Shown in pieces: positions 1-11,820 of a stretch of 64,000 nt of DNA. The notes under the pieces are model-generated. The model did not search any database. It saw only the letters and a program-made list of their open reading frames with translations, and was not told where the DNA came from. Location of the stretch: contig JBHGNT010000010.1 of NCBI GenBank assembly GCA_043228905.1, positions 19,220,001-19,284,000 on the forward strand. Reading direction: 5' to 3'. The translations under genes were made by a program, and so were the position numbers. Position 1 is the first letter of the stretch. The number at the start of each line of letters is the position of its first letter. The DNA is from Azolla caroliniana (taxonomy: Eukaryota > Plantae > Polypodiophyta).

Positions 1-1008
1 AAATGTTATGCCATGGGTACACTTATGCATGGAGGGGTGGCGAAATTATTAAGGAGATATTCTAAATCTTCCATCATATGACCTATGGCTCGATAGATCT
101 TGGTGAGAGGAATCCAGGGCTTGAAGTATTGAGTTGTGATGAAAGAATTATGCCACTTTCCCCATAACTCCAAAAGTTCCCCAATGGAAGCCTATTTCCC
201 TCTTCCTTTTAGAGAGAATTATGACATTCAAATATTCCAAAAAAAGGTCCAATATTGGGTTCATATTTTGTCCATTGGTGGAGTGAGGCTCAACCTTCTC
301 ACACTTATTCTAATAAATTTGATAATTAGTCCGGTGCTATGATATTCAATTTCCAAGATCAATATATAATAAACTCTAGGTCTATCTACCTATCACGTGT
401 CACACTCACCCTAATTTCATAGGAATGAAGAGGGCTATGGAGTTAAGATTAAATAAAAGGATTCAAGTTCCCTAGGGATGCAAGATACAAAGAAATAGTT
501 TGGAAGATGGGATGCATTACTCTTGCTTTATGATGAAGTTCGATAGACCAATGGCTTATAAAACTCCATGTACAATATGTATGTGAAATTCTTTCATTTT
601 GTGTGAGTCCCATAGGTCATATTCATGTGCCACATAGACTAGTGAGAGAATGATAAGAGATTTATCCCATCACAAGTGTTTTTCAAATGTTTGTATTTGA
701 CCTTTAAATCATAAAGACAACATCTATTGATGTTTTTTAGTAGTCATACCATGAACAATAATTCTAATAATCTATGTATGTATGTATGGTCAAAGTAATT
801 GTTTGAAACTTGGTCAAGAAGCAATTGCCAATAAACATGTACTTTATTATTAAGACCTTGTCAACTTATGGAATTGACAAGGAATTACATGGAAAGAGAG
901 ATCAATGGCACACCAACATCCTCCATTTTTATCTCAAATTAGTACATCTATAGCACAACACTAGAAGAACCCACATGTTTTCAAATTTTTGTGGTACTAT
1001 ATATAATC

Positions 1009-2278
1009 TCATTGGCAGAGGTAGAGGTCGTAGTTGGTGCCATAGGCGCATGTTTGGGTCTTGTCGACCGTGTATCCAGTGTAGTAACCATTGGGACAAG
1101 CACTAGCGGAGTCCGCGGTGCAATCGACCGTGACACATCCCGAGTTGGAGGGGACAACCTTCAAGGGGATATTGAAACCTGCGAGGACCGAGATGTCATA
1201 GTAGTCGAGGTTGCTGCTTCCGTCCACTGTGATCTCGAACTGTGAGACCCCGGATGGGGGCCCCGTGTTGCACGCTTGTCCGGAGCACCCTGTGTTGGCG
1301 ATAGCCCACATTGTCCCGCTCACCCAACTCGGGGACGCACCCACTGTCCATGTCTGTCCGGATGCCAACTCGGAGCACCCCCCGCCCACCCCGTTGCTTG
1401 GCACCCAATATTTGGCGCACACCGTGTAGCCGCAAGTGTTGTGCACTGTGATCGTGGTTGCCTCTGATGCCCAAACTGTGCCAAGGATCAAGACAAATAT
1501 TCAACAATTGCATGTAAATCATATTTAGTGGACAACAAATTTACACAACATGACTAATTAAGAGCACAAATACCATTAACAAATTTATATGGGTCTCAAT
1601 TTGTTAGTATCGTGGATGCATTATGATTAGTTACTAATAACAATTAACAAAGGATGTGTCTAACCAATTTACATGGCTCTCAAATAGTTAGTATCATCAA
1701 TGCATTATGACTAGTCACTAACAACAATTAACAAGGATGTGTTTAACAAATTTATAAGGGTCTCAAATAGTTAGTATCATCGATGCATTATGATTAGTTA
1801 CTACTAAAAATTAACAAAGGATGTTTTTAACAAAATTATATGGGTCTCAAATAGTTAGTATTATCAATGCATTATGATTAGTTACTCTAACAACTAACCA
1901 AGGATGTGTTCAACAAATTTATATGGGTCTCAAATTGTTAGTATCATTGATGCATTATGATTAGTTACTAATAAAAATTAACAATGGATGTTTTTAATAA
2001 TTAATAGGTATTAGCAAATGTTATACATGATTAGAGAGTTAGTAAACATATGAATCAACAAACTTAGATGTTAATCACCAACTAAGTTGTATTCATTAAC
2101 AATTGTAATTGGGTGATTAGGAGCTTGAGGTGAGTGGTTAGTTGCCATGATCAAGAGGTATATATATGGTGGATGACTATGTGAATCAATTGGTAGAAAT
2201 GAATATCGGTAAAGTCATACCAAGGAGTAGAAGTGTGGTAGCCACACTGAACAGGAGAGTACTAGGGGTGGAGGCCAT
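1009..2278 (-). CDS. Small thaumatin-like protein (PR-5 family), secreted, 174 aa, 2 exons (2278-2221, 1475-1009)
   Basis: Exon 1 encodes the signal peptide MASTPSTLLFSVATTLLLL and ends at a G|GTATGA donor. The acceptor CACAG|TT gives a phase-1 join to VWASEA-TTITVHNTCGYTV. TLP motifs include DYYDISVLAGFNIP and the C-terminal NYDLYLC. The mature protein has 10 Cys. Spliced length is 525 nt = 175 codons. Confidence 0.92.
1578..1997. repeat. Tandem minisatellite, ~83-bp unit x5, inside the TLP intron
   Basis: The unit approximates AACAAATTTATATGGGTCTCAAATAGTTAGTATCATCGATGCATTATGATTAGTTACTAATAACAATTAACAAAGGATGTGTTT and repeats five times with substitutions. Confidence 0.9.
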
Positions 2279-2367
2279 AATGTGTATTGGAGAATTGTTG
2301 ATTTCTAATAGAGTTGTAACTTGTGTGAGGATGTGTTATGTTTCATGAATGAATGTGTGTGCCTCTC

Positions 2368-2375
2368 TATATATA
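2368..2375 (-). promoter_or_regulatory. TATA box of the thaumatin-like gene
   Basis: TATATATA lies ~90 bp upstream of the ATG at 2278 on the minus strand. Confidence 0.6.
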
Positions 2376-2999
2376 CTATTTGGTCAAGTTCTTTCATTGT
2401 AACAACAACAATAATAATTGTAGACCCTATAGTCAAGGAGGTTATCTTTCAAAAATAAAAGACTTGGTGTCTACACTTTAGAGTAAATCTAAATGGAGAC
2501 TTAAGTTAGCATTTGAGCCTGCCACAATGTTTTTCAAATATCATAAAGTTTGTCTTCCTATTTTAATTATTCAAATGCAGGCCCTTTGTCGCCCACTCGC
2601 TCAATACACGTCACAACGTTGGAAAAAAGAGGAGCACGTTTTTATCGGCTACTGAATGCTGACTTTTAATGCAATCGAATATGAAATAGAAGCATTTCAT
2701 TTCACACAACAACCAAGGGATTTGTCTCAATATTTTGTTGATGTGACGATGTGTATATATATTAAGGACAATGGGGAAGGATTTAATCATCATGAACACT
2801 AGCTATTGAGATATCTTTTGTTGACCAAATCAACTTCTAAGAGTAGGATAGAAGTATAAGACAAAATGTCAGAATGTGACCTTTCATGCTAGCGTACCAC
2901 TATTTCAAATTTGATGTAATTTATAACTCTTTGCTTCTAGTCCTAGATCTAGAAAATCTATTGATACTACTACAATTTTGATAATCGATGTGCGACGTG

Positions 3000-3702
3000 G
3001 CGTTGGGGCACAAGTGATGAGAGTGGTCGACAATGCACACTTTGCCCTAAACAAGTTTGAGAGTTTGAGTATCACACCTTCATATAATGCTTTGCTTTTA
3101 ATCATATTCGACCGTGCTTTCCACGCATCTTCGACCAAGTGCAATCCTTGCACAAATTTCTGTCACAACCACAATGTGCACTCTCAATTGCAACATTCAT
3201 TGGTAAAGTTCTTGAACATCTAGAATCACTACTCAGTTTCACATGGATCACATGAAATTTAATATTTTGGTCTCATAGGTCATATTTGACCTCCAAAGAC
3301 GATAATAGAATCTCTCTCTCTCTCTCTACAAAACCATATTCTTCCCAAAATGGGGAACCCGTACACATTGATACATGTTAGAGCCCATCTCGTTATCTTC
3401 CATGCAACTTAGCTCACATGTGATACGAGGCCTTGGGGCAGAAGTGATGAGAGTGGCCGGCTATGCACACTTTGCTCTAAACAAGTTCGAGAGTCTGAGT
3501 ATCACACTTTGATACAATGCTCTGCCTTTGATCATATTCAACCATGTTTTCTACATCTCTTCGATCGAGCCCAATCCTTGCACGAATTTCTCTCATAACC
3601 ACAATGTGCACTCTCGATTACCATGTTTTCCACATCTCTTCGAGCCCAATCCTTGCATGAATTTCTCTCATAACCATAATGTGTACTCTCGATTGCAACA
3701 TT
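3000..3702. repeat. Local duplication of a ~200-bp segment (about 3003-3198 and 3433-3620) plus a partial re-duplication (3620-3702)
   Basis: TTGGGGCA(C/G)AAGTGATGAGAGTGG...CAATCCTTGCAC(A/G)AATTTCT...CACAATGTGCACTCTC occurs twice, and its 3' part occurs a third time. Confidence 0.8.
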
Positions 3703-3713
3703 CTATCTATCTA

Positions 3714-4193
3714 TCTTACCCTAGTGGTAAGTTGTTAACACTACAAGTACTGCATCATGGGTTCGAAACCCAAATTTCTCACTTCTCTCTATTATACACT
3801 TCATATATATCTCTTAATTCACTAGATGCAACCACGACCACCTGGTCTCCATTGGGCAACCTTACCAATTGAGCTACATCCATTTGGGCATCTCTCTCTC
3901 TCTCTCTCTCTCTCGACCACCTGGTCTCCATTGGGCAACCTTACCAACTGAGCTACATCCATTTGGCCAGCTATCTCTCTCTCTCTCTCTCTCTTATCGT
4001 AATTAGCTTACCCTAGTGGTAAGTCGATAACACTACAAGCACCATGTCTTGGGTTCGAAACCCAATTTCCTCACCTCTCTATTATATACTTCATATCTCT
4101 ATTTCACTAGATGCCACTGTGAAATGTAGGGGTTGAACCCATGACCACCTGGTCTCCATTGGGCAACCTTACCAACTGAGCTACATCCATTTG

Positions 4194-4197
<4 letters not shown>
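3714..4197. mobile_element. Cluster of tRNA-derived SINE-like elements with two convergent Pol III heads: deleted copy 3714-3889, fragment 3915-3968, full copy ~3995-4197
   Basis: Plus-strand A-like box TACCCTAGTGG (4009-4019) and B box GGTTCGAAACCC (4052-4063). Minus-strand A box TAGCTCAGTTGG (4183-4172) and B box GGTTCAACCCC (4139-4129). The copies are separated by (CT)n. Confidence 0.75.
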
Positions 4198-4239
<42 letters not shown>

Positions 4240-6240
4240 AGCTTGGTAATTTACATCATACCATCATAGTTATAATTTTGGGAGAACCCAAGTTCAATCA
4301 TATTGATGGGTTAGGTTCCCTCGGGTGATGCCATCCTTGGAACTAATGTGATGAGACTAACCTTCCAAGCTTGAGACATACAACCGAAACCCCAACAACG
4401 TTGGAGCATCAAAGTTAGGGGCTCCTTTAAAATATTGGAATATTCCCTAAAAGCTTCCTAACCAAGGGTTATACCACTAGGAAAATTCCTTAAAACCATG
4501 TTCACCTCATCTTTTATGACAACCATTACCAATTCATAGTAAGGGGGTCATGCAATACCTATATCCAACCATATCATACTCATGTACTGCTCTTATCATC
4601 TTATTAGTTATAAATAATTGTAGCCACTTGGAATTCCTAAAAGTAATGAACGCATGTTGTAATTATTATAGTCAAATCCACTATAACATCATCCCCTTAC
4701 TTCCCATGTACCACATTAGATCGAGCATAGGCAAGATTTAGCATTTGAAAAAATAATTCAGATTCAAAATGATTATATATAAACCCATCCATAAATTCTT
4801 GCATCTTACTATGATGATAACTTTGCAGACATTGCAATTGAGAAATAATGAATATCAATTGACTATGGATATCCAAAAGCTCCTCGTTTGATGATACCAC
4901 TTTGCTTAGGATCATCCACGATTAAATGTAGTGACATTGATTGTGATGCATCAACACATGTTAAATCAACCTTAGCTAACTTCCATCGGTGACCCACATA
5001 TAGAGTTTGAAGAGGTAAGCCCCATAATGCAATAAATTGAGTAACATGGTTCAAGGAATAAATATCCACCAACCATACCACCTCACCAGAATGAGTGATT
5101 TCTACAACTAAAAAGTGGTCATATGGATCATTATGCACAACTTGAGGACAATAATTAGCCTGCATGATTATACCACAACTAAATAATGTTTCTAAGATGT
5201 CCATCGTAGAACATTAGGAATATCCTTGTCTATAGATTGTGGATATTGCTAACTCATGCCACTTATACTCAACAACACATACTATATCCCTTTCTTTACT
5301 TAACAAGGTTTCCCATAATATCTTATGAGGAAACCATGCCCCTCTCACATTCCATGTTACCGCTTCAACTAAATCGATGATATCATGGGTGCCCTTGCTC
5401 CTTTAGAGCAATTGATGTCATAAGACTAGTCAAAATATGTTCCAAAGCTACACATGAGTTTTAGGCCATCTGGCAAAACCTTTTGTTTGGGCTCTCCAAC
5501 TTAGTGAAAAACTCGAGGATTCGATGTATTTTCCACATGACCCAATGAATTAAATAGAAGTTGAAGGGGTAATCCCATATCTCTAAATTTTCATTGCCAA
5601 GGAGTGTTACAAGACCCCTCCCTTGTTCCTAAACTACCTTGTAATGTAGTATCATGAGTATTAGGCAAACAATTATGTTGCACATACTCTCGTTTTCCCT
5701 TTGGTTTGCCTTTAACATGTTGCCAATATTTTTTATCAATAACAACATTATTTTTAGGCATGTAAACTGTTTGTTTTCCCTTATCTGTAAGCCTAGAATT
5801 TGGTTTAGCAAATCAACCAAATTGATTTCCCTTATCCTTAAGTGTGGCATTCATCCATAAAGTGGACCCATTCACCACATCTAAAGCAATGATCACTTGC
5901 ACATATCTCCCATTTCATTTTTGAAATAAAGTTGTTTCATTCTAGGTGCTCTCATTTGTATCCATGCCAATCTCGTATCCCACAACGCACAAAATTTGCA
6001 CTTGTATGATGGATGCATTTGCATGTGGGGATACTAACAAATTAACAATTTACCCACTTGACTCATCGACTCTTATAAAAAGGATAACAAAACTATCACA
6101 TTGGGGTAACCCTTTAGAGTATAGCTTCGAAGGGAGAAGTATTGGATCTAGACTATTCAAATTAAAATGGGGGAAATTTTCACGACCTGCTAGACATGTA
6201 ATAGATCTAGGCACATGCAGTCTTAATGACCATTGCTAAT
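4240..6240 (-). mobile_element. Highly decayed LINE-like (non-LTR) remnant
   Basis: A minus-strand fragment, HFLVVEITHSGEVVWLVDIYSLN, resembles a plant L1 AP-endonuclease segment. The surrounding frames are riddled with stops. Confidence 0.35.
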
Positions 6241-7665
6241 TATTCAACCTCTTGAAACGTTACTTTCGAGAGTGGTTCTTGTTAAAGATGTAACTCAAGA
6301 GTTTCTTGCACAATGCCAAGGAAATATCACATCAAATATGTAAAATATGGCAAAGAAGTTGGAAGACAAAGATAAACCAAAAGTAATTCAATATTATGGT
6401 TGATGGTATGTCTCAATTAAGTGTAAAGCAACTCACGAAGTCAAATTAACTTGCCAATCATTGATATAAATATTGCAAGACCTATATTTCTTGTAGAGGA
6501 GGAGGTGTTTGTAGAGCAAAACATGTGTTTATGTTACACTACAAACAAAAGTTTGAAGAGTGGGAACTTTGGGTGAGGTAAAATGCAAAATTATGTGATT
6601 AGGTTGTGCCTATAAAGAGTTTTTCAAAAAATTGCACTCCATGTGTTAGAAAACATTTGTTAGATGGATTAAGTTAGGGAATGGCACTTCCACACAAAAT
6701 TGGTTAGAATTAGAACGGGAATGTGTTGATAATTCTCTCGTTTATTTCATGGAAACGCGTCTAATGCAAATATAATAGAACGTGCAAGAAATTATTTCCC
6801 ATCCCATGTCCAAGACTTTCTTATAGAGTAAGAAGCCTAAACCTAAATGCGAAGACCTAGCAAACCAAGGACTATAACAATTTTTGTTCCAATTGGTACA
6901 CCTTAATCTCAATGAAGTCAGATAACCAAGCTTTAAATCATGGTATTGCATACACATATGGCTAGAAGGAGAACTTTAGGCAAGCGATGGTGAACCCTTG
7001 GTGACTGTCAACCTTAGAAAGATGTAGGGATGACCTTCCACATATTGAAACTCTAGATGTTGTAACATTTGAAGGAAGCAACACTAGTTTTGCACCAAAC
7101 TATTCATGGTGATATTAGTTATCATAGATATACAAGCCATGGTTAATAATATTAGTTATGATTGCTCATGAAATTAGGGCAGACATAAGATGTCCCAATC
7201 TAAGGTAAAGAGGAAAAATGACAACGGGACTATTCAAGCACATAAGGGGATGGTCATGGATCACAATTTTGAGGTGCATGGTGTTGAATATCAAGTCACA
7301 TTCGTAGTAGCTCAACCGTCTAAATTAGGGAGTTGGTCATAGATTTTGGGAATGATGCCATCTATATTCAAACAGGTACCAAGACTTATCAAGTTGAGAT
7401 ATATACACAAAAAGTACATGAATAAGAAAACCCACTCTTGGACGATCAATAGATGATCACAAAGTTTGAAGCGATGTTATTAGCTTAAGTAAGGATGATC
7501 ATATGGCCCCATAGGGGTAAAACCCAACAATAGAATAACATTATCTCTTCCATGATGAATTGCAGACACTCGCTACAAATAGATGGGATTTACTCCATCT
7601 CAGCTAAATGCTACAAAGAAGATGAGGTAACTTTCAATTGTATAATGGTGGGTGCAAACCACCTA

Positions 7666-7855
7666 ACATACATACACGTATGCATACAATACATACATAC
7701 ATACATACATACACGTATGCATACAATAAATACATGCATACATACATACATACACGCATGCAAACGATACATACATTCATATAATACGTACATGCATACA
7801 TACATACATACATACATACATCGTACGACGTACGTACGTACATACATACATATAA
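7666..7855. repeat. Degenerate (TACA)n microsatellite
   Basis: The TACA/CATA array is directly visible and explains the spurious YIHT/MYVC ORFs. Confidence 0.9.
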
Positions 7856-7919
7856 GAACTAAAATATGTATATGGGATTTCCTAAGTTTGCTTCATTTCT
7901 GAATCTGCCTGCACTCGAA

Positions 7920-7928
7920 TTAGGGTTT
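7920..7928. promoter_or_regulatory. Telo-box (TTAGGGTTT) upstream of DCP1
   Basis: Exact reverse complement of AAACCCTAA, ~450 bp upstream of the DCP1 ATG. Telo-boxes are common near plant translation and RNA-metabolism genes. Confidence 0.4.
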
Positions 7929-8376
7929 CCCGTACTGTCTGCAACCGAATCAAAACAGTTGAGTTCATCTTCATTTGATCAGTATATGTGCCTAAACTCA
8001 ATGTAAACTCGGATCCATGTAACCATGCGTTGATTTTTTCTTGATTAGTTTGTTTTCCCTCTTCAGGCATGTTTTTTTCTCTCTAAGAGAGAGAGAGAGA
8101 GAGAAACAAAAACATCGACTAATCTTTTTATTTTCAGTTTAATTTTCTTCACTCACAGACCAGAAAAAAAAAAGCACAGATAAAAGAAAGAACACGATGT
8201 AAGAAGACTCGAGAATCACAGAAAACAATCATGTAACAACATTTCTTTCAATCATTAAGATTTGTGGTTCTTGAATGCTATTGTAATCAAGAGAAAAGCA
8301 AAAGTAACATACACGAGAAAGAAGAGGAATTAAAGAATCACAAAAGCAGAAAAGATATAGTGTACGAAATCAAAAC

Positions 8377-11300
8377 ATGGCTCATAATGGTAGATTGATT
8401 AACCAAGAGACCACATGGGAGATTAACCTCACAGTTCTTCAACGTGTTGATCATAATATTGAAGATATTCTCATCACTGCTGGGCACGTAACTCTTTATG
8501 AGTTTGATGTTGATAAGTGTCAGTGGGTGAGTGCTCTGATTTTCCTCCTTTAGCTCACATCTCTTTGAAGTTTTGTGTACGTTTATTGTTTTCTGGGAAA
8601 AAAACAAGGTCTGTATTTAAATTATAATCATAAGAAGTTATTAGAAAAATAACATGAATTTATTTGGAATTACATCTATATTTTGTCTTGATTTCAATCC
8701 CATTGAGTTCATACCTCTTACAAATTTTGCATACGTTTTTGGTTTTTGTGGAAAAAATAAGTCACCAAACGACAACATTGAAAAGTTTTAGAGAAAACCA
8801 AACATTTATCAGGAAGATCATTGATATATTGTGTTACATTTTGTTCTGTAAGTACAGGCATTGAAATGCATGGAAAAACAGGGAATTACTAGAAGATGCC
8901 ACAAAGTTATAAGGATTAATGCAAAATTTCATATTTTTTGTGTTGCACTTTGTATAAGATTTGACCGAAAGCCACTTCTTTCAATTTAATATTTTCATTT
9001 GCAGAGCCGAAAAGATGTAGATGGATCATTATTTGTAGTTAAAAGGTGAGTTTTACAGCCTTAATGCAACGTGTCATTGGGAAAACATTGGTTTAATTTG
9101 TTAAAGGTCAATGCAGGAGAATGAAACCACGTTTTCAATTCATTATTATGAATAGGAGGAGTACAGGTATTTCATTCTGATCTTGATATTCACTATTCTT
9201 CTTACAAAATTGTCTTGCTATACTATAATAATGCCAGAAGGATATGTGGTCTTTAGAATGTAGTACAATTGAATATTTGGGTTTGTTTGTGCTTTTGTTT
9301 CAGAGAATCAAGTTGAAGATCTGCTTGATGAATTTGAGTATGAGGTACAAATGCCGTATTTGCTTTATCGTAATGCATCACAAGAGGTGAATGGCATTTG
9401 GTTCTACAATTCTCAGGAATGTGAAGAGGTGGCAAAATTGTTCTCTCGGTATTATGGACTTGCTGAAGCTTTATAGATATCTAAATCAAACTGATGATCA
9501 AATGCATATGATGCTTCAATTCCTTGTTTATTGCCTAGGATCCTGGGCGCCTATTCCAAGAATACGCCAAAGAGAAAAGTGTTCACCCCTCAAGTGTAAG
9601 TGGGAATCTGACTAATTAAGGTCTTGAAAGTTGCTCATTTATGAGACTTCCTTCTTTATCACTCATTCACAATCACGCTTTTTGGTAGTCTCAAACTATT
9701 TTGGTTGTATGTATATGCATATACATGCACACACACATGCATTACATCCATAAGTATACCGATACATACATACATGCATGTGTTTGTATACATTATATAC
9801 CTGAATATGAATATGAATATGCATGTATTTGTATATATTATATACCTGAATATGAATATGAATATGTGTTTGTATACATTATAGACCTGAATATGAATAC
9901 ATGCATGTGTTTGTATACATTATATACCTGAATATGAATATGAGTACTGTATGTTTCCATACAGTACACAAAAGGTATATCCATACAGATTCTCTTAAGG
10001 ACATTGTAAATAGTAACTAATTTATTTAACTGCTGTTTAATGTTTTTCGATGTAGTATACTGATGAATTAACCTAGTTTCTGAAGAAGACTGCTAGCTTG
10101 AAAATCTGTTGTTTAACATTATTTTTGTCAGTGATGAGTTCCAAGAACTGGAGGCAATTCCAAGTTCAGCAACTGTAGGAGGATCTTTGGGACCACCTTC
10201 AGCACCTTTAACTCCAGGAGGCATGGAGAATCCATTAGAACAATTCTCCAGTGTAATAGTTTGCATAATTTACAACTTAAGGCAAATTGAATGTATCGAG
10301 AACTCTTAAGTTGATATAAGTTCGTAGTATATTTAATTTGTTTTGCAGAATGCATTACACCTCAATGCTTGTGATCCTGTATCTCCGACAATGGGGATGA
10401 GAACAATTGCTCCAATCCACTCGTCTCCAGTGCATCCAACTGCTGAGAAGGCATTTTCACAAGTCCTTGCTATGCCGTCACCATCTCTCCAAGCATCATC
10501 TCCACCACTATCACCACCATTACCACCAGTACCATCATCAAAGCAGTCTTGTGGGGAGAGATTGATTAATAATAACAATAGCAATACTAGTACAAGTATG
10601 ATGTTGGAAGTGCCATCGAAGCCGTACTTCTTTGTGCCACCCCCATTGCCATCGCTGCAAGTGCCCACCCTTCCTCCGCCAGTTGTATTGCAACCATCTA
10701 TTGGGGCACCATTGTTACAACCATTCCCTCCCCCTGCTCCGTCCTCTTCATTAGCACATTCAAATACTGCTCTCAACAGGCCCTCTGTCAGCAGGGATGG
10801 TGTTCACAGTGCACTTGTTCGTCTGGTTCAGGTGAGTTATCACTTTTTATTTTCTGAATATTTGGAACACTTATGTTCTTGAAATGTATGTTTATATTTT
10901 CATTCTGTATGATTAAATGTATATCTACTAGGAATATGTTCTTATCTTAACCGTTTCTTGACATGTGATTGCATTTGCATTCATCTTGCATTCAGAAATA
11001 TCCATCATGTATAATAGAAGGCATTTTTAAATTTACTTGTCTTGTGAATGGTGACCTTACTCTTCTTCTGGAGGTTAGTATTTGCTATTTTCTATTTTCT
11101 TAGCATTTGTAATTCCTATTTGTTCAATTTCCATCCCTTATATGTTAAGATAGTCATAGATACATCATTGCATTCACATTTTCATTGAGAAAAACATTCG
11201 AAGAAATATTACATTCACATTTCATTACATTAAGAAGTGTCACATTGACAATAGAAACTTCTACAGGCCTGACCTACTCAACTCATAAGTGGCGTTTCTG

Positions 11301-11820
11301 ATGCACTTACTCATATTGTACACTTTTCTATTTTCAACTGTACTATTCCTATGTATCATAGATGCATGAATACATTCCCATTCATGCATAATAAAAAACC
11401 TATTTAGAGAAATATGATAATTACCTTCGCATTCATCTGTATTAAAAAATGTGAACTTGCATAACAAAAGATATTTTTCAATGTTAATTTTTAGAATGCG
11501 TTCTAATTTCCTTAATTTGAATTTCCAATTTGTGTTAGAAGGGTCTTGTTTGCTTCCTATGTCCACTTGAATGCTTGATTGTTTATGTATATAGATAGAT
11601 ATGTATATGCATTCATGTAAACGTAAACAAGCTGGTGTAATAAAAGGCACTTAAAGAAATATGAGCAGTTCAGAGAACTCTCTAAATTTTACCCAGAGGA
11701 AAACATGTGATACATATTGCTTATATATTGCTTGCTATTCTTTCATATTATGTGCAGAATGAGCGCTTTGTTGATATGGTTTATGAAGAGATTTTGAGAA
11801 CACATAGACTACCAGTATAG
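8377..11820 (+). CDS. DCP1: mRNA-decapping enzyme subunit 1 (EVH1 domain, Pro/Ser-rich linker, C-terminal trimerisation helix), 369 aa, 8 exons
   Basis: Exons 8377-8526, 9005-9045, 9117-9166, 9304-9448, 9539-9595, 10132-10252, 10349-10831 and 11758-11820 are all GT-AG and total 1110 nt. The translation contains NLTVLQR..EDILITAGHVTLYEF..QWSRKDVDGSLFVVKR..PRFQFIIMNRR..PYLLYRNASQEVNGIWFYN..ECEEVAKLFSRIL..EFQELEA and ends LVRLVQNERFVDMVYEEIL. These match plant DCP1 motifs. Confidence 0.95.
9770..9945. repeat. Imperfect ~45-bp tandem repeat in DCP1 intron 5
   Basis: TTGTATACATTATATACCTGAATATGAATA recurs about four times. Confidence 0.75.

Noticed and set aside
991-1522. Overlapping alternative ORFs around the thaumatin exon, and the ORF-track start at 1491
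   Set aside because: These are GC-rich shadow frames. The real start is in the upstream exon at 2278.
4005-4190. Functional tRNA genes
   Set aside because: A and B boxes are present, but I cannot fold an acceptor stem or anticodon arm. The multiple decayed copies fit a SINE-like element.
6960-7550. Possible gypsy protease remnant
   Set aside because: Only a weak resemblance (FEVHGVEYQVTFVV..ILG) and too decayed to support a call.
7552-7902. ORFs over TACA repeats (also 31117-31383, 24986-25427, 36112-36351, 21537-21883)
   Set aside because: These are translations of microsatellites (YIHT, MYVC, RERE, SLSL) with no coding evidence.
10333-10776. 147-aa Gly-rich minus-strand ORF
   Set aside because: It is the antisense of the Pro/Ser-rich DCP1 exon 7.
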